Positions 17,529 to 26,318 of a DNA stretch of 32,000 nt are shown piece after piece. Numbering within the stretch: position 1 is the stretch's first letter; each line of letters opens with the position of its first letter. The position numbers and the translations under genes are program-made. The notes under the pieces were generated by a model. That model was not told the DNA's origin, did no database searches, and saw only the letters and a program-made list of their open reading frames with translations. This stretch comes from Promethearchaeum syntrophicum (GTDB taxonomy: Archaea > Asgardarchaeota > Lokiarchaeia > Sigyniarchaeales > Promethearchaeaceae), in assembly GCF_008000775.2 (NCBI RefSeq), contig NZ_CP042905.2, positions 2,460,001 through 2,492,000 of the forward strand, in the 5' to 3' direction.

Positions 17529-19513
17529 AAAATTTGAAAAAAGTGAATTATAAACGAAAAATAACTGCTTTACTCTTAATATCCGTATTTTCGCTCTCAA
17601 ATATTATTTTCTTTGAAGAAATAAAACTCCAAAATGAAAATTGTAGATCTACAACTCTTTCTGAGAATCAGGAATTAATGACTCCGAAAAAATCTGATTT
17701 TTTAATGGTTTCTGTTTCCCCTACCTCTGCTTCAAAGACAATTAGTGACACCCAGCAGACCTTCACATATGATTTACGTGATATTCTTGATGCATATGGA
17801 GGAGAATGGTTCATTGCAATAGATTCTGATCCATACGTTTCTCAAGGTTTCTATTCGTTAAGTTGGAGTATGTCAGAGAAATTGTATATGGACACTGTCA
17901 CTTATACATCAGATACAGGGCTTTCGATTGGGACTTATAATATTCACGCAAAATTCACTTCCACATATGGTGATGTATTTGAAGATGCAACTCTACAGAT
18001 TACAAATAATCCTCCCCCCGCTCCAGACAATGTTAATACATATGAAAACCCATGTTATGATGGGACTGCATCAATAACTTGGGATAAATCATTAGGAGCA
18101 ACTAAATATCAACTATATGAAGCAACCAGTTCTGGAGGTGCATATTCTGCAATAGGTCCTGAATTGGGGGATGTAGGAAGTACAACAGTATCTAAAACCT
18201 CCGAACAAACACGCTTTTATAAAGTTAAGGCAGGAGAAGTTAGTGGTGCTTGGTCTAGTCTTTCTTCAAGTTATGCAGAAATATCCTGGTCAAAACCTAA
18301 TTCACCGACATTATCATCACCAACAACCCAAACAGTATATAATAATAATTCATTTTCGGTAACTCGCGCGTCAGTTGGAAGTTATGTAGATGGATTTGAT
18401 TGGGAAGTCAGCATTGATGGTGGAACATATGCTGATTGGAGTACAAGTTCGTTAAGTACCTTGTCTTATAATCCCCCTGCCGGAGATCACACATATAGAT
18501 TTCGATTACGAGTAAGAAATGCTAATTTTGGTGTTTGGTCGGATTATGGAGAATCTGGTATTATTACCATATCCTCACCCTCAACTCCCCTCAATTTTCA
18601 AGTATCTGAAGAGACATGTTATGATGGTCTAGTTACTTTTTCATGGACAGCAACAACAGGAGCAACGAGTTATAGTTTATATGAAGCGACCACTTCTGAT
18701 GGGACATATACTGAAATTGACTCTTCAATTATCGAATCAACAACTTCTATACAAAAATCATCAGAAGATGTGTTATTTTTTAAATTGAAAGCTGTCAATG
18801 ATGTCGGTGAGTCAGATTTTACAGGATTTATCGAAGTAATCTGGTCTGCTCCAGAAACGCCAATAATTACAACTCCAATCACCCAAACTGTTTATACAAC
18901 TGATTTAATTTCGGTTACCCGTGATTCAGTAGAAATATATGTTGATGAATTTGATTGGGAAATTAGTATCGATGGAGAGGCATATGAAAATTTGAGTACA
19001 AGTATATTAAATTCAGTAAGCTATAATCCACCAGAGGAAGATCATACATATCAATTTCGTTTACGGGTAAGAAATAGCGAATTTGGAATATGGTCAGAAT
19101 ATGGTTATTCTGGAATTTTATCAATTATTCTTGCTGATACTGATAAACCTGTAATTAATTCTCCTGATGATATTAGCTATATCTCCACTACTACGGGAAA
19201 TAATATCACTTGGACCGTATCCGATAATAACCCTTATCAATTTCAACTTTTCATTGATGAAATTGGACAAGGAGTTAATATTTGGGATGAGAATGAGCTA
19301 GTATTCAATATTGATGGACTTTCGATAGGATCACATAATGTAACTCTGTGGATTTGTGATAATGAAGGTAATTGGGTTCAGGATCAAGTTAACGTGACTG
19401 TTATAAATGGTCAAATTCCTTCTAAATTTTCAGGATTGGCGATAGGATCAATATCAGCAATATTCATTTTAGGGATTATGATATCAATTTTTATTATCAA
19501 ACGAAAAAAATAA
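17525..19513 (+). CDS. Secreted/surface fibronectin type III repeat protein with C-terminal TM anchor
   Basis: 662 aa; N-terminal signal-like segment, FnIII-like modules (PDNVNTYENPCYDGTASITWDKSLGATKYQLYEAT...), C-terminus GLAIGSISAIFILGIMISIFIIKRKK. Start may be TTG 17534 rather than GTG 17525. Confidence 0.88.
   Translation: MKNLKKVNYKRKITALLLISVFSLSNIIFFEEIKLQNENCRSTTLSENQELMTPKKSDFLMVSVSPTSASKTISDTQQTFTYDLRDILDAYGGEWFIAIDSDPYVSQGFYSLSWSMSEKLYMDTVTYTSDTGLSIGTYNIHAKFTSTYGDVFEDATLQITNNPPPAPDNVNTYENPCYDGTASITWDKSLGATKYQLYEATSSGGAYSAIGPELGDVGSTTVSKTSEQTRFYKVKAGEVSGAWSSLSSSYAEISWSKPNSPTLSSPTTQTVYNNNSFSVTRASVGSYVDGFDWEVSIDGGTYADWSTSSLSTLSYNPPAGDHTYRFRLRVRNANFGVWSDYGESGIITISSPSTPLNFQVSEETCYDGLVTFSWTATTGATSYSLYEATTSDGTYTEIDSSIIESTTSIQKSSEDVLFFKLKAVNDVGESDFTGFIEVIWSAPETPIITTPITQTVYTTDLISVTRDSVEIYVDEFDWEISIDGEAYENLSTSILNSVSYNPPEEDHTYQFRLRVRNSEFGIWSEYGYSGILSIILADTDKPVINSPDDISYISTTTGNNITWTVSDNNPYQFQLFIDEIGQGVNIWDENELVFNIDGLSIGSHNVTLWICDNEGNWVQDQVNVTVINGQIPSKFSGLAIGSISAIFILGIMISIFIIKRKK
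18305..18720 (+). repeat. Block almost identical (about 6 mismatches in 416 bp, no indels, by eye) to 20888..21303 in the paralogue
   Basis: Direct comparison of the two stretches; the last roughly 240 bp appear identical. Confidence 0.85.
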
Positions 19514-19951
19514 AAAATAAAGATATTTTTATCGGATCCTTTTTTTTTTAAGACATTTTGTTAAATTAGAAACCACCAAAGAACCAAAATCCCATTAAAT
19601 TTATAGACTATTAATTTATGAAGTCATTTTCTTTTCACTCATATAATTCATCTTTTGATCTCAATAATTTCATTCCCTAAAGTGATAGGAAACTAGACCT
19701 ATGATTGGAATAAAAAATAAATTTTCCTACCAAAAGGTATTTATTTCTATAAATTAATTAATAGTTTACTATTTAGATGCAGTTGAAAGAAAATTATTAC
19801 ATGTCATGATTATTCTTAAAAATTAACGAAAGTGAATTAAAACTCGATAATATAACACAATGATTAAGAATTAGATATTGAGATCTTCGTAAATCATGCT
19901 GATAATAATTTTTTCCAAAAAACATCTACTTAACAAAATTTAGGTGAAAAA

Positions 19952-22900
19952 ATGAAAAAAATTTCCAAAAAAAAAAAATTGAAATACATTCCTAAGGTTA
20001 TTGTTTTAGTCTTAATTTCCACATTTTTATTTTCAGATGTATTTCTATCTGAAGGAGGGAAATTCCAAGATGATGAGACTATTTCAAAAGAATTTTCTGA
20101 GATTCAAGAAAATAATTTAGAAAATATGAAAAATACTCCTAAGTCTTCTACGACAGTAACATTAAGACCTAATTCAAATATTGCTCCTTATGAATGGTCA
20201 CCGTATTCATATACGTATGTTGATGATACTACTCCTGATAATAGTTTTATAGGAACTGATGAGTACGGAGATAATACAGATGTTGAACATGGATATTCGA
20301 ACATGCCATCTGATACAATTTCTGTTTCAGCTATTACATTTTATGTTCGAGCAAGAGAATTCCTCGATTGTGGAGTATCCATGTATCCAAAAATTTCAGA
20401 TGCATATCTTTCAGGTTATACTACAGATGTAACAACAAGTTGGGTTACATATTCTCATACTTGGTATGGAACATGGACTAAAACCGCAATTGATGGAATG
20501 AGTTTTAAATTAAATTCAATAGTAAGACCATATTTGGATGCATTATGTGTAGATCAAATTTATTGTGTAGTTACCTATGCTTCTTCACTGCCAGATCCCC
20601 CAGCATCTCCAACTAATGTGAATACAAATGAAAATCCTTGCTATGATGGAACTGCATCAATAACATGGACTAAATCGCCAGGTGCTACAAAATATCAATT
20701 ATATGAAGCCACCAGTTCTGGGGGTACCTACTCTCCAATCGGTTCAGAATTAGGAGATGTATCAAGTACAACCGTTTCAAAAACTTCCGAACAAACTCGT
20801 TTTTATAAAGTAACAGCAGGTAATACAGCAGGATGGTCAGGTTATTCAAGTTCTTATGCAGAAATATCCTGGTCAAAACCTAATTCACCGACATTATCAT
20901 CACCCACAACCCAAACACTATATAATCATAATTCATTTTCGGTAACTCGCGCGTCAGTTGGAAGTTATGTAGATGGATTTGATTGGGAAGTCAGTATTGA
21001 TGGTGGAACATATGCTGATTGGAGCACAAGTTCGTTAAGTACCTTGTCGTATAATCCCCCTGCCGGAGATCACACATATAGATTTCGATTACGAGTAAGA
21101 AATGCTAATTTTGGTGTTTGGTCGGATTATGGAGAATCTGGTATTATTACCATATCCTCACCCTCAACTCCCCTCAATTTTCAAGTATCTGAAGAGACAT
21201 GTTATGATGGTCTAGTTACTTTTTCATGGACAGCAACAACAGGAGCAACGAGTTATAGTTTATATGAAGCGACCACTTCTGATGGGACATATACTGAAAT
21301 TGAAACCGGAATTACTGAATCAACAACACAAGTATCAAAATCTACAGAAAATATTTTATATTACAAATTAAAAGCGCTTAATGATGTAGGAGAATCTGAT
21401 TTTTCAGGATTTATCGAAGTATCATGGTTAAAACCTAATTCACCTACATTATCCTCACCGACAACCCAAACAATATATAACCATGATTCTATCTCGGTGA
21501 TTCGCGATTCGGTAGGAGCTTATGTTGATGGATTTGATTGGGAAGTCAGCATTGATGGTGGAACATATGCTGATTGGAGTACAAGTTCGTTAAGTACCTT
21601 GTCTTATAATCCCCCAGCCGGAGATCACACATATCAATTTCGATTACGAGTAAGAAATGTTAATTTTGGAGTTTGGTCGGATTATGGAGAATCTGGTATT
21701 ATTACAATATCCTCACCCTCAACTCCCCTCAATTTTCAAGTATCTGAAGAGACATGTTATGATGGTCTAGTTACTTTTTCATGGACAGCAACAACAGGAG
21801 CAACGAGTTATAGTTTATATGAAGCGACCACTTCTGATGGGACATATACTGAAATTGAAACTGGAATTATTGAATCAACAACACAAGTATCAAAATCTGC
21901 AGAAAATATTTTATATTACAAATTAAAAGCGCTAAATGATGTTGGAGAATCGGATTTTTCAGGATTTATCGAAGTAACTTGGTCAAAACCTGATTCACCT
22001 ACATTAACATCACCAACAACGGAAACAGTATATAATCTCGATTCAATCTCGGTGATTCGTGATTCAGTAGGCGCTTATGTAGATGAATATGATTGGGAAG
22101 TCAGTATTGACGGAGAGGCATATACAGACTGGAGTACAAGTTCCTTAAGTACCTTATCGTATAATCCTCCTACCGGAGATCACACATACCAGTTTCGATT
22201 ATCAGTAAGAAATGTTAATTTTGGTGTTTGGTCGGATTATGGAGAATCTGGTATCATTACGGTATCATTATCTTCAATACCAATGAATGTTCAGACTTCT
22301 GAATCTATATGCTATGATGGGTCAGTACAAATCTCATGGGATGTAGTAACAGGAGCTACGAATTATACACTATATGAAGCAACCACTTCTGATGGGACTT
22401 ATACCCCAATCATTACAGATATTATAGAAACATCAATTATTATATCAAAAACAACCATTGAAACAAAATATTATAAAATTAAAGCAGTAAATCAAGTTGG
22501 GGAATCTGACTTTTCCGAATATGTTTCTGTTTCATGGTCCGCACCCGAAACACCTTCAATTACATCACCAATAACTGAAGTTGTAGATAATGATTCTCCA
22601 TTTTTAGTGATTCGCGATTCTGTTGGAGTTTATGTAGACGAATTTAATTGGGAGATCTGTATTGATGGGGGAGCATATGTAAATTGGAGTATGAGCGAAT
22701 TAAATAATTTAAGTTATGATCCAGTAGCGGAAGATCATACTTATCAATTCCGATTACGAGTAAAAAATAGTGAATTCGGAATATGGTCGGATTATGGCTA
22801 TTCAGGAATACTTACAATCATTCTATTGGATACAGAATGCCCATTAATCGATTCTCCGGCAGATCTGACTTATACTTACAATACAATAGGGCATAATATT

Positions 22901-23197
22901 ACATGGAGCGTATCCGATAGTAATCCTTATCAATATCAACTATTTATTAATGGAATAGGGCAGGGACTTAATCCATGGGACGGAAGTAATCTCTCATTCA
23001 ATGTTGATGGTTTTTCAATAGGAAACTACAATGTAACTCTTTGGGTTAGTGATATTGAAGGAAATTGGGCACAAGATCAAGTAAATGTGACTGTTGAATC
23101 GGAATTTATTATTTCGGGTTATGCAATTGGATCACTGTCAGCAATATTCTTAATCGGCGTTTTTATGTCTATTTTTATTATAAAACGAAAAAGATAG
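19952..23197 (+). CDS. Secreted/surface fibronectin type III repeat protein (longer paralogue) with C-terminal TM anchor
   Basis: 1081 aa; signal-like N-terminus, distinct N-terminal domain, repeated FnIII-like modules (PLNFQVSEETCYDGLVTFSWTATTGATSYSLYEATTSDGTYTEIE...), C-terminus SGYAIGSLSAIFLIGVFMSIFIIKRKR. Confidence 0.9.
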   Translation: MKKISKKKKLKYIPKVIVLVLISTFLFSDVFLSEGGKFQDDETISKEFSEIQENNLENMKNTPKSSTTVTLRPNSNIAPYEWSPYSYTYVDDTTPDNSFIGTDEYGDNTDVEHGYSNMPSDTISVSAITFYVRAREFLDCGVSMYPKISDAYLSGYTTDVTTSWVTYSHTWYGTWTKTAIDGMSFKLNSIVRPYLDALCVDQIYCVVTYASSLPDPPASPTNVNTNENPCYDGTASITWTKSPGATKYQLYEATSSGGTYSPIGSELGDVSSTTVSKTSEQTRFYKVTAGNTAGWSGYSSSYAEISWSKPNSPTLSSPTTQTLYNHNSFSVTRASVGSYVDGFDWEVSIDGGTYADWSTSSLSTLSYNPPAGDHTYRFRLRVRNANFGVWSDYGESGIITISSPSTPLNFQVSEETCYDGLVTFSWTATTGATSYSLYEATTSDGTYTEIETGITESTTQVSKSTENILYYKLKALNDVGESDFSGFIEVSWLKPNSPTLSSPTTQTIYNHDSISVIRDSVGAYVDGFDWEVSIDGGTYADWSTSSLSTLSYNPPAGDHTYQFRLRVRNVNFGVWSDYGESGIITISSPSTPLNFQVSEETCYDGLVTFSWTATTGATSYSLYEATTSDGTYTEIETGIIESTTQVSKSAENILYYKLKALNDVGESDFSGFIEVTWSKPDSPTLTSPTTETVYNLDSISVIRDSVGAYVDEYDWEVSIDGEAYTDWSTSSLSTLSYNPPTGDHTYQFRLSVRNVNFGVWSDYGESGIITVSLSSIPMNVQTSESICYDGSVQISWDVVTGATNYTLYEATTSDGTYTPIITDIIETSIIISKTTIETKYYKIKAVNQVGESDFSEYVSVSWSAPETPSITSPITEVVDNDSPFLVIRDSVGVYVDEFNWEICIDGGAYVNWSMSELNNLSYDPVAEDHTYQFRLRVKNSEFGIWSDYGYSGILTIILLDTECPLIDSPADLTYTYNTIGHNITWSVSDSNPYQYQLFINGIGQGLNPWDGSNLSFNVDGFSIGNYNVTLWVSDIEGNWAQDQVNVTVESEFIISGYAIGSLSAIFLIGVFMSIFIIKRKR
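20888..23107 (+). repeat. Tandem 555-bp (185-aa) repeat unit; unit starts at 20888, 21443, 21998 and 22553 (the last more diverged)
   Basis: The recurring Pro codon of SPT(L/T)SSPTT...TVY falls exactly 555 bp apart each time; the same spacing occurs in the first gene (18305 and 18860). Confidence 0.85.
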
Positions 23198-23295
23198 GAA
23201 TATGCCAATTATTTCTATGCAATCCTTTTATAATTTTTTTTTATTTTATTAATCTTTTTCTTATCAAATTTGTTAGATTAGAGAGAATTAATCTT

Positions 23296-23780
23296 GATGA
23301 CATCACAGAAGGTGTAAATAATATTTCACTTTGTGTTTCTGGCAATAAAAGCAATTTCACGCAAAATTAGATTACTTTCATGACTATTGACACTATAAAT
23401 CCATTAAATAATGCTCCCCATAAATATTCTTATATTCTAATACGACTGGAATTGTTGTCACGTGGAATGTATCAGATTATAATCCTTATCAGTACGAACT
23501 GTTCATCGATGACTTAGGGCAAGGGAGAAATCCATGGAATGGGAATGATCTTACTTTTTCAATAGATGATCTTTGTGTAGGCAAGCATAACCTCATGTTA
23601 TATGTTTATGATACTGAAGGAAATTTAGCAACCAGACAAGTAGAAATTACAGTTGAGATTAACCCTGCTGATGTAATAAATGCCGGATCTTTTTCAGGGA
23701 TCGCGATTGGAACAATTTCGCATATCTTCTTGATTGGTGCATTTGTAGGGATTTATAAGATTAAGAAAAATGGAAAGTAG
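23296..23780 (+). pseudogene. Degenerate 3' remnant of a third FnIII/Ig-like surface-protein paralogue
   Basis: Fragments in two frames: DDITEGVNNISLCVSGNKSNF.. (frame ending TAG 23368), MTIDTINPLNNAPHKYSY, then after a frame change NTTGIVVTWNVSDYNPYQYELFIDDLGQGRNPWNGNDLTFSIDDLCVGKHNLMLYVYDTEGNL..SGIAIGTISHIFLIGAFVGIYKIKKNGK. These align with the ends of both intact genes. The 61-aa track ORF 23595..23780 is only its tail. Confidence 0.75.
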
Positions 23781-23815
23781 TAAAAATCTATAAAATTATT
23801 TCATTTTTTTCTCGA

Positions 23816-25075
23816 TTATTTATCTTTGATTGCCATTTTATATCGTCCTAAAGGTCTGATATTTGCGATATTTATTTTATCTATATCTCCTATATCTTTA
23901 TATGTCATTGGAATAACCACTGATTCATTTCTTTTTATATTTGGAATAATAGCAAAAGTAATTAATTCATTATTATAGAACTCTTTAATATTTTTACTTG
24001 CTTCTTCTGACTCTTTCTCTTGATTTTTTATATCTTCTTCTTTCTCAGATCCAATACTATATACTTCTTTACAATTGCTATCTTCAAGATTTTTAATCGA
24101 TGTTTCTATACTCCCTTCTTCATCTATATTTTTATATTTTACGCTCAAATTATTCGTTTTAATAGAATATTCAGGTCTTAATATATCGATAGTATCTTTT
24201 GGATTTGCATTTACACTTCCATGATGAGATACTTTATATAGATTACAACCTTCAATTTCTTCATTTTCAATTTTTCCCCATCCCGTTTCCTCAAGATCTC
24301 CTGGAAAAATCGCCATAAATGGTTTTTTTTTGCCATTCTCCTTGTTCTTATTAGTTTGATCATTATTTCTTGAGAAAGATAATTGCATCACTAAAGAAGT
24401 ATTATTTTTATTATATTTATCAATAGAATAGAAATCTGTAGTTAATTCTTTAGAAAACCCAACTTTTTTGTAAAATTTATCTCCTTCGCTTAATTTTACT
24501 CTAAAATTTCCTCTTAAATCATTATTTGGTCCAATTACTCTAAGTTCAGTTATAGATTCATTATTTTCAATTGTAATTTTATCATTAAATTGTGGAAATT
24601 TTAGTTGATTTTCTGCTTGAGCATCAATTAATAATTCATAATATTCACCAGAAATACTATCTGTAATATATTCAGTAATCCAAATTTCTGGTATTTTACT
24701 TTTTATTCCATTTTTTTTAGAATGTTCTAATAAACTCTCTATTCCCGAAAAATGATCATAATGAGGATGAGAAATTATAATTAAATCAATTCCGCGATTT
24801 TCTATATCATAATTTTCAATAAATTTTGTAAATAATTTTGAAGCATTTTTAGTGCAATCAATTATAATGTTTGTATATTTATGTTTTGATTTTGATTTTG
24901 ATTCTTGTTCTGATTCAGGTTTGGATTTTTTTTCTCGATCTCTTAATGTATTACCAGTAATATTTCCAGGAATTTGTAAAAAAATACAATCTCCTTGCTT
25001 AGGATTTAGTATATTAATAAATAAAACATCATTCTTGTTTTCAAAAATAAAAGCATTTCTCATTTTAATTCCCAT
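23816..25075 (-). CDS. Solo metallo-beta-lactamase-fold protein of the ComEC/Rec2 C-terminal type
   Basis: 419 aa, no TM segments; NILNPKQGDCIFLQIPG, IIISHPHYDHFSG (HxHxDH codons 24752-24769), FPGDLEETGW, KVSHHGSVNA. Confidence 0.88.
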   Translation of the reverse strand: MGIKMRNAFIFENKNDVLFINILNPKQGDCIFLQIPGNITGNTLRDREKKSKPESEQESKSKSKHKYTNIIIDCTKNASKLFTKFIENYDIENRGIDLIIISHPHYDHFSGIESLLEHSKKNGIKSKIPEIWITEYITDSISGEYYELLIDAQAENQLKFPQFNDKITIENNESITELRVIGPNNDLRGNFRVKLSEGDKFYKKVGFSKELTTDFYSIDKYNKNNTSLVMQLSFSRNNDQTNKNKENGKKKPFMAIFPGDLEETGWGKIENEEIEGCNLYKVSHHGSVNANPKDTIDILRPEYSIKTNNLSVKYKNIDEEGSIETSIKNLEDSNCKEVYSIGSEKEEDIKNQEKESEEASKNIKEFYNNELITFAIIPNIKRNESVVIPMTYKDIGDIDKINIANIRPLGRYKMAIKDK

Positions 25076-25184
25076 TTTTTTATTGCATTAATATTCGATT
25101 TAATTTTTTAATTGAAATTTACTTTTTTCTTTACTTTTTTCTTCACTTTTTTCTTCATCATCACTATTAGATTCTTTTTCTTTG

Positions 25185-26306
25185 TTATTTTATTTCATTC
25201 TTCCTTATATTGGAGATGTTTTTATATAATTCTTGACATTCACCTTCATAATCCTTAGGTTTTCTATTGGGTTGTTGAAAGGAATAAAAACGTTGATCTA
25301 ATCCTGTAACAAGATATGATTTTTCACCAACAATAATAATTGCATTTTTTTCCCTTAACACACGATGAAAAGTCTTATCATCTTTGTCTTTAGAGCCAAT
25401 TTTATATTTAGCTATTGCGTCTTTAAATGAAATCCAGTCATCTTCATTTATTTCTTCCTCTTCATTGAGATTTAATATTAAAAAATTTTTACTAAATTTA
25501 TTACCTATTCTTTGAAAAATTATTTTTGCAGGATCAGAATCATCAATGTCAATAAAAAATTCCCAATAATCATATATATCCAATATATTTTTTCTTTCAA
25601 CTATATGAAGATAATTTCTTCTTGGTTCTTTTGGACCAATTGATACTTTTAATACATTATCAAAAAGGTTAAGTAACGGGAGTGTATTTTCATCTTCATC
25701 TGAAGGATCTAGATAATATCTCTCTCTATCTGTCAAACATAGAAGCCCCTCATGATGTAAGAAACTATTTGTATAGTAAAACACATCTTTTAATTCATCT
25801 TTGTGATTTAACCATTCTGATTCTGAACAAAAATCAAGAGGTGGATGAGGAAGTTGATCTGTATTAGATTGCTCTTCAGCAGCACTACCACCATCTTCAC
25901 CAACAAAAACTTTTTCCTCTTTTTCTTTTTCCATATCTTCTAAAATACCTTCAGTATTAATATAGGGAATAGGAGTACTTCCTTCGATACTATATTTATA
26001 TACATCCCAAATCCACCGTGCTCTAATTTTCTTTAAAACTTCATAACATAATTCATAGATATCCATTTCATTATCTTTGTGTGGAATAGAAATAAAAGTA
26101 ATTGATTTATTGAGCTTTTTCACTTTCTTTTCAAGTTTTTCTCTTTTTTCCTTTTTATAAGAACTTAGCTCAGTTTCTACATCCAATTTCAACTGTTTTG
26201 GTGCATAAATTTCAAATTCATTATAAATTCTCATTTCTTCCTCCCAATTTTTTAATAGAGTGAAAAATGTTTCATCGGTAATGACTAATTTCATGTTTTC
26301 TTTCAT
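25185..26306 (-). CDS. Hypothetical protein of the uncharacterised six-gene cluster
   Basis: 373 aa, ATG start; ends 109 bp upstream of the MBL gene. No family confidently recognised. Confidence 0.75.
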   Translation of the reverse strand: MKENMKLVITDETFFTLLKNWEEEMRIYNEFEIYAPKQLKLDVETELSSYKKEKREKLEKKVKKLNKSITFISIPHKDNEMDIYELCYEVLKKIRARWIWDVYKYSIEGSTPIPYINTEGILEDMEKEKEEKVFVGEDGGSAAEEQSNTDQLPHPPLDFCSESEWLNHKDELKDVFYYTNSFLHHEGLLCLTDRERYYLDPSDEDENTLPLLNLFDNVLKVSIGPKEPRRNYLHIVERKNILDIYDYWEFFIDIDDSDPAKIIFQRIGNKFSKNFLILNLNEEEEINEDDWISFKDAIAKYKIGSKDKDDKTFHRVLREKNAIIIVGEKSYLVTGLDQRFYSFQQPNRKPKDYEGECQELYKNISNIRKNEIK

Positions 26307-26318
26307 TATTATTTCACC

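Noticed and set aside
19514-19951. Long intergenic region as a candidate ncRNA or insertion
   Set aside because: AT-rich with a T-rich stretch after the upstream stop, but I could not find a convincing hairpin, tRNA-like fold or ORF.
20888-22600. Regular 555-bp spacing as a possible CRISPR or mobile-element signal
   Set aside because: The repeat is continuous coding sequence of FnIII modules; no spacers, terminal inverted repeats or transposase.
24852-25091. 79-aa plus-strand ORF
   Set aside because: Antisense to the N-terminus of the MBL protein; Asp/Phe/Ser runs arise from its Ser/Lys/Glu-rich insert.
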